This document shows, in pieces, positions 57,410-64,000 of a stretch of DNA of 64,000 nt. Origin of the DNA: Deltaproteobacteria bacterium (GTDB lineage Bacteria > Desulfobacterota > Desulfobacteria > Desulfobacterales > Desulfobacteraceae); NCBI GenBank assembly GCA_013151635.1, contig JAADHV010000074.1:36959-100958 (forward strand), written 5' to 3'. The stretch's first letter is position 1; each line of letters begins with the position of its first letter. Made by a program: the position numbers and the translations under genes. The notes beneath the pieces are model-generated. The model searched no databases, had not been told where the DNA came from, and saw only the letters and a program-made list of their open reading frames with translations.

Positions 57410-58375
57410 TTAAGAAGAAAGGCTATTGTTCATTTTTGCACTTAAATATCCGTCAATCATTAAATGAACAATATGATGAATGACACAGACAAGCAAAGCT
57501 ATTCCAAATTCATTAAAATAGGCTGTCTGAATCATGACGGACAATGGCAAGGTCTTTTGCGATCCCATAAAAATCACACTTTCATACCGGCCTTTTCCCA
57601 CACCAAAAACTTTAACAAGCAAAAAGGAAACCCCCAAGAGCATTAAATGGAAAACAGACACAAGACCTATAATATGAAAAAAAGCCGTGCCATTTTCCAA
57701 AAGGGCCTGCTTTGCCCCGGCAAGGGAGATAAAAACTATACCGAGAATCAGCCACTGATTGACTGTCTGCAACTTGAGTTTTCCCAAAAAACCAGCATTA
57801 CAAATCCTGGCCTTTAAACCCATCCCGACAAGAAGAGGCAAGACAACAAGGAGACTCAGCTTAATCATGATTCTGGTCTTATCTATAACAAGCTCATTTT
57901 CAAGTCCCGGCAATGAAACAAGCATTGAAAGGACAACAGGAATCGTGAAGATACTGATAAAATTCGATAATATTGTTACAAAAAGTGCGTGGGCCATATT
58001 ACCGCCTGCTTCTTTTGTCATTACAACACCGGAAGACAGGGTTGTTGGCATTGCCGCAACGATGAAAAGCCCTATGGCCACCCCTCTTTCAAGCCGGAAA
58101 AGGCAGAGAAGACCTGCTGCAACCGGTGCTGCGATAATAATAACACCCAATGCCAGAAGCGTTGATTTAATATCTATAATCCCCGCTCTTATCTGATCGC
58201 TTTCTATTAAAAGGCCTGAAATAACAAAAATTAAAAATATCATGACTTCAGGGCCATGATTGTTTTTTAAAATAATCCCGAATTCAGCAAGAGTGTCCGA
58301 CCGGTCAAAAATGACCGCCATGGATATAAGGACAAGACCAAGCAGGAACCATTGTCTTTTAATTTTTCCGATCAT
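57410..58375 (-). CDS. Bile acid:Na+ symporter (BASS/SBF-like) family transporter
   Basis: About 9-10 TM segments and a YfeH/SBF-like pattern (AAMPTTLSSGVVMT). ATG 58375 is preferred over TTG 58402. Confidence 0.72.
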   Translation of the reverse strand: MIGKIKRQWFLLGLVLISMAVIFDRSDTLAEFGIILKNNHGPEVMIFLIFVISGLLIESDQIRAGIIDIKSTLLALGVIIIAAPVAAGLLCLFRLERGVAIGLFIVAAMPTTLSSGVVMTKEAGGNMAHALFVTILSNFISIFTIPVVLSMLVSLPGLENELVIDKTRIMIKLSLLVVLPLLVGMGLKARICNAGFLGKLKLQTVNQWLILGIVFISLAGAKQALLENGTAFFHIIGLVSVFHLMLLGVSFLLVKVFGVGKGRYESVIFMGSQKTLPLSVMIQTAYFNEFGIALLVCVIHHIVHLMIDGYLSAKMNNSLSS

Positions 58376-58533
58376 AAAATATTTCTCTTCAATTAAAATC
58401 AATAGGGATATCTATGACACATTAAAGGTTGCGTCAATATTTCATTCAAATTTTCATTTACAATCCTTGATTCTGATTCCCAAAAAATGTAAAAGGTCAT
58501 ACAAACTAAATAAATTTTAAGGAGTTGTCTAAA

Positions 58534-59493
58534 TTGGGGTTTAATTTATTTAAAAAAAAGAAAACAGAACAAAAAGAACAGGAAAACGGAATCTTTTCGC
58601 GCCTGAAAAATGGATTGTCAAAAACAAGGCAGGTTCTGACCACTGATATTAATGAACTTTTTGTTTCCACCAAGGCCATTGATGAAGATCTTTTTGAAGA
58701 ATTGGAAGAATTGTTGATCACATCGGATCTTGGAATTGATATCGCCATGGGGATGATGGAAAAAATAAAGAAAAAAGCCAGAAAACTTTCCAATGCAGAT
58801 GAACTGAAAATGGTCTTAAAAGAAGAATTAACAGCACTTTTCCCGGAAGGTCCCGACCCTGCAAATAAAGTGGCGGTCACAAAACCCCATGTCATCATGG
58901 TTGTCGGTGTCAATGGAACCGGTAAAACCACGACTCTGGGAAAGCTTGCCATGAAGTTCACATCCCAGGGGAAAAAAGTACTCATTGCAGCAGCCGACAC
59001 ATTCAGGGCCGCAGCCATTGAACAGGTCGAAATCTGGGCAGACCGGTCCAATGCTTCTATTGTAAAGCATAAAGAAGGGGCAGACCCTGCTGCCGTTGCC
59101 TATGACTGTGTTGAAGCATCACTTGCAAGAGGGGTTGACATAGTTTTAATCGATACGGCCGGCAGGCTTCATACACAAAAAAACCTGATGGAAGAACTAA
59201 AAAAAATCAAGCGCTCCATTAATAAAAAAATGCCCGGCGCTCCCCATGATATCCTAATGGTTTTAGATGCAACAACAGGACAAAATGCAATTTCCCAGGC
59301 CAACCTGTTTAATGAAGCTGTCAATATCACCCAGATTGCGCTGACAAAACTTGACGGGACAGCCAAAGGCGGTATTGTAGCCGCCATTGCAAGCACAATG
59401 AAACTGCCGATAAAATATATCGGTGTGGGTGAACAAATCGAAGATCTTCAGGATTTTGATTCAAAACTCTTTATTAATGCATTATTTGACTGA
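58534..59493 (+). CDS. ftsY: Signal recognition particle receptor FtsY
   Basis: GVNGTGKTTTLGKLA, DTAGRLH, TKLDGTAKGG. TTG 58534 lies 9 nt after AAGGAG. The in-frame TTG 58525 abuts the RBS. Confidence 0.94.
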   Translation: MGFNLFKKKKTEQKEQENGIFSRLKNGLSKTRQVLTTDINELFVSTKAIDEDLFEELEELLITSDLGIDIAMGMMEKIKKKARKLSNADELKMVLKEELTALFPEGPDPANKVAVTKPHVIMVVGVNGTGKTTTLGKLAMKFTSQGKKVLIAAADTFRAAAIEQVEIWADRSNASIVKHKEGADPAAVAYDCVEASLARGVDIVLIDTAGRLHTQKNLMEELKKIKRSINKKMPGAPHDILMVLDATTGQNAISQANLFNEAVNITQIALTKLDGTAKGGIVAAIASTMKLPIKYIGVGEQIEDLQDFDSKLFINALFD

Positions 59494-59517
59494 ATTAATA
59501 CAGGGGATAAGCCTTTG

Positions 59518-59666
59518 ATGACTATACGAAAATATGATGCCATGGATGAAAAAGGAATCATTTCTCTAAAGCCAATGATCGGGTCATAAACTTTTATAAA
59601 ACTATCGGTTATGATGATGATCCTGTGATGGTGTTAAGCAAACGCATAGAAATGGACATGGCTTAA
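59518..59666 (+). pseudogene. Probable remnant of a GNAT acetyltransferase (N- and C-terminal pieces, frameshifted, core deleted)
   Basis: MTIRKYDAMDEKGIISLKPMIGS* is followed, in another frame, by NFYKTIGYDDDPVMVLSKRIEMDMA*. Both resemble GNAT termini. The evidence is weak and motif-level only. Confidence 0.3.
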
Positions 59667-59777
59667 TAATTTAAAATTGTATTTTCAGTTAAATTAAGAT
59701 TTCCATCTGGTGGTTTCTCCTTTCCGGTGTTAAAATAATTTATCAATATAATCAACCAAATGGGTAAAGGAGAAATC

Positions 59778-60194
59778 ATGAAACTTTCAAGAAAAGAAAT
59801 AAAAAGCCTGTTCAATGGATGGAACCTTGCCTGGGACAAACATGACCTTAATAAGGTTATGACATTTTTCCATGATGATATTTTTTTTGAAAACTGGACC
59901 GGTGCATATGTAAAAGGGAAAAAAGCGCTTAGGAAAGCCTGGGAGCCATGGTTTGACAATCACGGCAACTTCAGGTTTTTTGAAGAGGAAATATTTATTG
60001 ATGAGCTTCATCAAAAAGTTCTTTATCGATGGGTTCTTGAATGGCCGTCTGCTGAGCCTGGTTTTGAAGACAGGACTGAAATCAGAAAAGGGGTTGATGT
60101 CATTCATTTTAAGGATGGAAAAATTATCAATAAACTGACATATTCAAAAACAACGATTGAAATTGATAACAAGAAACTATCCCTGCACTTATAA
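59778..60194 (+). CDS. SnoaL-like / NTF2-fold protein
   Basis: FNGWNLAWDKHDLNKVMTFFHDDIFFEN...GKKALRKAWEPWF is typical of SnoaL_2/DUF4440-like domains. AAGGAG RBS before ATG 59778. Confidence 0.72.
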   Translation: MKLSRKEIKSLFNGWNLAWDKHDLNKVMTFFHDDIFFENWTGAYVKGKKALRKAWEPWFDNHGNFRFFEEEIFIDELHQKVLYRWVLEWPSAEPGFEDRTEIRKGVDVIHFKDGKIINKLTYSKTTIEIDNKKLSLHL

Positions 60195-60217
60195 AGCAGG
60201 CATGGCACAAAAAATGT

Positions 60218-60742
60218 TTATTTGCATTGTTTTTGAATAAAAATGGAAAACAGATTATCAAGAATGCTTTTCATGCGCAGAAAAAAGACAAGCAGGCTCA
60301 GCTTGAAAAAAAGATAATTTACCTTTTTAATAGATTTTTTCAAAAATTTGTCATCCCCGCAGAAGGTAATAATACAGATTTGCGCTTTAACACCGGAAGG
60401 GAACATGCATGGACCGTCCTTATCCTTAAGAAAGGGACAATCAGCATAAAATAAAAACAGGTGAGACTCAAGCCGTTTTTCCATATCGTCCTGAAGATGG
60501 GGCAAAAGACTTAAAATAAAAATAAAATCCCACTGACTGAAAATAGAATCTATATCAAGATTTTTACAGCACATCCCTTTACAGATCTGTATGCATTTTA
60601 ACATATTTTTTTCAGCCGCCTGAAGCAATTCACCCTGGGCAGTTTTAATTTTACAGCAAAGGGCTTTTACAACAGCTCTATCATCCCGGCTGAACTGATG
60701 TGAAATTTTTTTTGCTTTTTTAAATATGTACCTGGTAGTCAT
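60218..60742 (-). CDS. Cys-rich protein, YkgJ/UPF0153-like (putative Zn/Fe-S binding)
   Basis: CIQICKGMCC and DCPFLKDKDGPCMFP...C..TFC resemble the CxxCxxCC family. This is a low-confidence assignment. Confidence 0.45.
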   Translation of the reverse strand: MTTRYIFKKAKKISHQFSRDDRAVVKALCCKIKTAQGELLQAAEKNMLKCIQICKGMCCKNLDIDSIFSQWDFIFILSLLPHLQDDMEKRLESHLFLFYADCPFLKDKDGPCMFPSGVKAQICIITFCGDDKFLKKSIKKVNYLFFKLSLLVFFLRMKSILDNLFSIFIQKQCK

Positions 60743-60755
60743 TTCCCCAAGTGAA

Positions 60756-61529
60756 CTATTTAATATTGCTGTCTGACAAAAGATGCAAAATATTTTGAGA
60801 CAAAATCGCTTTTTCTATATTTAAGCCAAGGCCAAGGGCCTTTATTTTCTGCAATTCATATCCAGGATCCCCAAAGGGAAAATCCGATCCGAACATAATA
60901 CGGTCATGCCCGTAATTTTGGATGTAATCGGATATTTCACGGGGCGATGCAAGGGCTGTATCTGCATATACAAAGGGATTTTCCCATAAACCGTTGTCGG
61001 CAATGGCACGATACCCCCCGTTAAGGCCACCAAGATGAGGTATGATCACCCTTACACCCCTGGCATATTTGTGAATGAATTTAATGGTATTTCCAAGTTC
61101 CTCTTCAAGAACCACCGGCATATTCCGTTTTTTAATTTCTTTAATGGCTTTTCTGCACCTGTCTGAATCATAATGATACACCGGTTCAAGTGAGTGTCTG
61201 TGCCATTTTATACCTTTATGTTTTCCAGTTAACTGGCTGACGGCAAAATCATTCCAGATGAAAAAATAAGGAATTACTTCAAGATAAGGATTTTTAATAT
61301 TCAGAAGATATTCATTTGCCTTTTTTCTTTTTAGGCGCCACTGGTCTGTGTCCCTGAAATTAAAATCATAGCGGTTATAAATTTCCATCACCGGGGGAAA
61401 GGCAGCAACAACACTAATATCCGTATTTTGAACAAATGAAAAATAAGATTCAAAGGATTGATCAAATGACTTATCCTGTATACCGCAATGGGCATGGCTG
61501 TCAATAATTGGTGTCTTTAGACTTTTCAT
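60756..61529 (-). CDS. Metal-dependent amidohydrolase (TIM-barrel, Amidohydro_2-like)
   Basis: IIDSHAHCG at the N-terminus, IPHLGG, and a C-terminal FGSDFPFGDP. Confidence 0.78.
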   Translation of the reverse strand: MKSLKTPIIDSHAHCGIQDKSFDQSFESYFSFVQNTDISVVAAFPPVMEIYNRYDFNFRDTDQWRLKRKKANEYLLNIKNPYLEVIPYFFIWNDFAVSQLTGKHKGIKWHRHSLEPVYHYDSDRCRKAIKEIKKRNMPVVLEEELGNTIKFIHKYARGVRVIIPHLGGLNGGYRAIADNGLWENPFVYADTALASPREISDYIQNYGHDRIMFGSDFPFGDPGYELQKIKALGLGLNIEKAILSQNILHLLSDSNIK

Positions 61530-61669
61530 ATGAATCCCGCAGTAAAATAATGTTAAATATTACAGGTTTCAGTACGTTACCTCTAAATTAACTACCGAGT
61601 ATAATACTTTTTAAAAAAATGCAAATAAATAAAAAATTTCCATGGGCCTCATCAACAGCGTTCAGTTTA

Positions 61670-64000
<2,331 letters not shown>

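Noticed and set aside
58506-59051. 181-aa ORF antisense to ftsY
   Set aside because: It lies fully inside the strongly supported ftsY CDS. Its composition (Ser/Phe/Ala-rich, no motifs) is typical of a mirror-frame artefact.

Overview
This is a 64-kb chromosomal segment that looks like a Desulfobacterota (Desulfobacterales-like) sulfate reducer. GC is about 38-40% by eye. The lineage call rests on a siroheme-dependent (ahb) heme operon, a COG1900 homocysteine enzyme and a PPi-dependent PFK. Gene density is high and most genes are housekeeping. On the minus strand there is a long array tal-folK-lipoprotein-argHFDB-hslUV-xerC-UDG-coaBC, plus pyrBC, lepB and ligA. On the plus strand there is kdsAC-lptCAB-rpoN-hpf-ptsN-rapZ-EIIA, gap-tpiA-secG-tRNA-Leu(GAG) and ftsY. 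I saw no rRNA, CRISPR array, transposase or prophage. The accessory content is a cell-surface super-locus at about 11.3-33.2 kb with four parts. (1) A Geobacter-like truncated, aromatic-rich type IV pilin (59-aa mature) followed by a separate secreted partner ORF. These sit behind a sigma-54-type promoter and are followed by a strong terminator and then an ABC-2 exporter/TPR/GT-C module. (2) A compositionally mosaic glycan cluster: a UbiA-type polyprenyl-P phosphoribosyltransferase homolog, GT9 and GT4 transferases, and Wzm/Wzt. (3) A minor-pilin operon fimT/gspH-like-pilW-pilV-pilX-pilY1 behind a perfect TGGCAC-N5-TTGC promoter. Its PilY1 is 1507 aa, and the vWA domain is interrupted by two copies of a ~130-aa module. 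(4) An orphan sigma-54 enhancer-binding response regulator. Three other items are worth a second look. A zinc-finger-less ClpX paralog is translationally coupled to ahbC-like/hemB/ahbD-like. A 62-aa ORF consists of a signal peptide plus a PEP-CTERM-like anchor and has a sigma-54-like promoter. There are also two short gene remnants.
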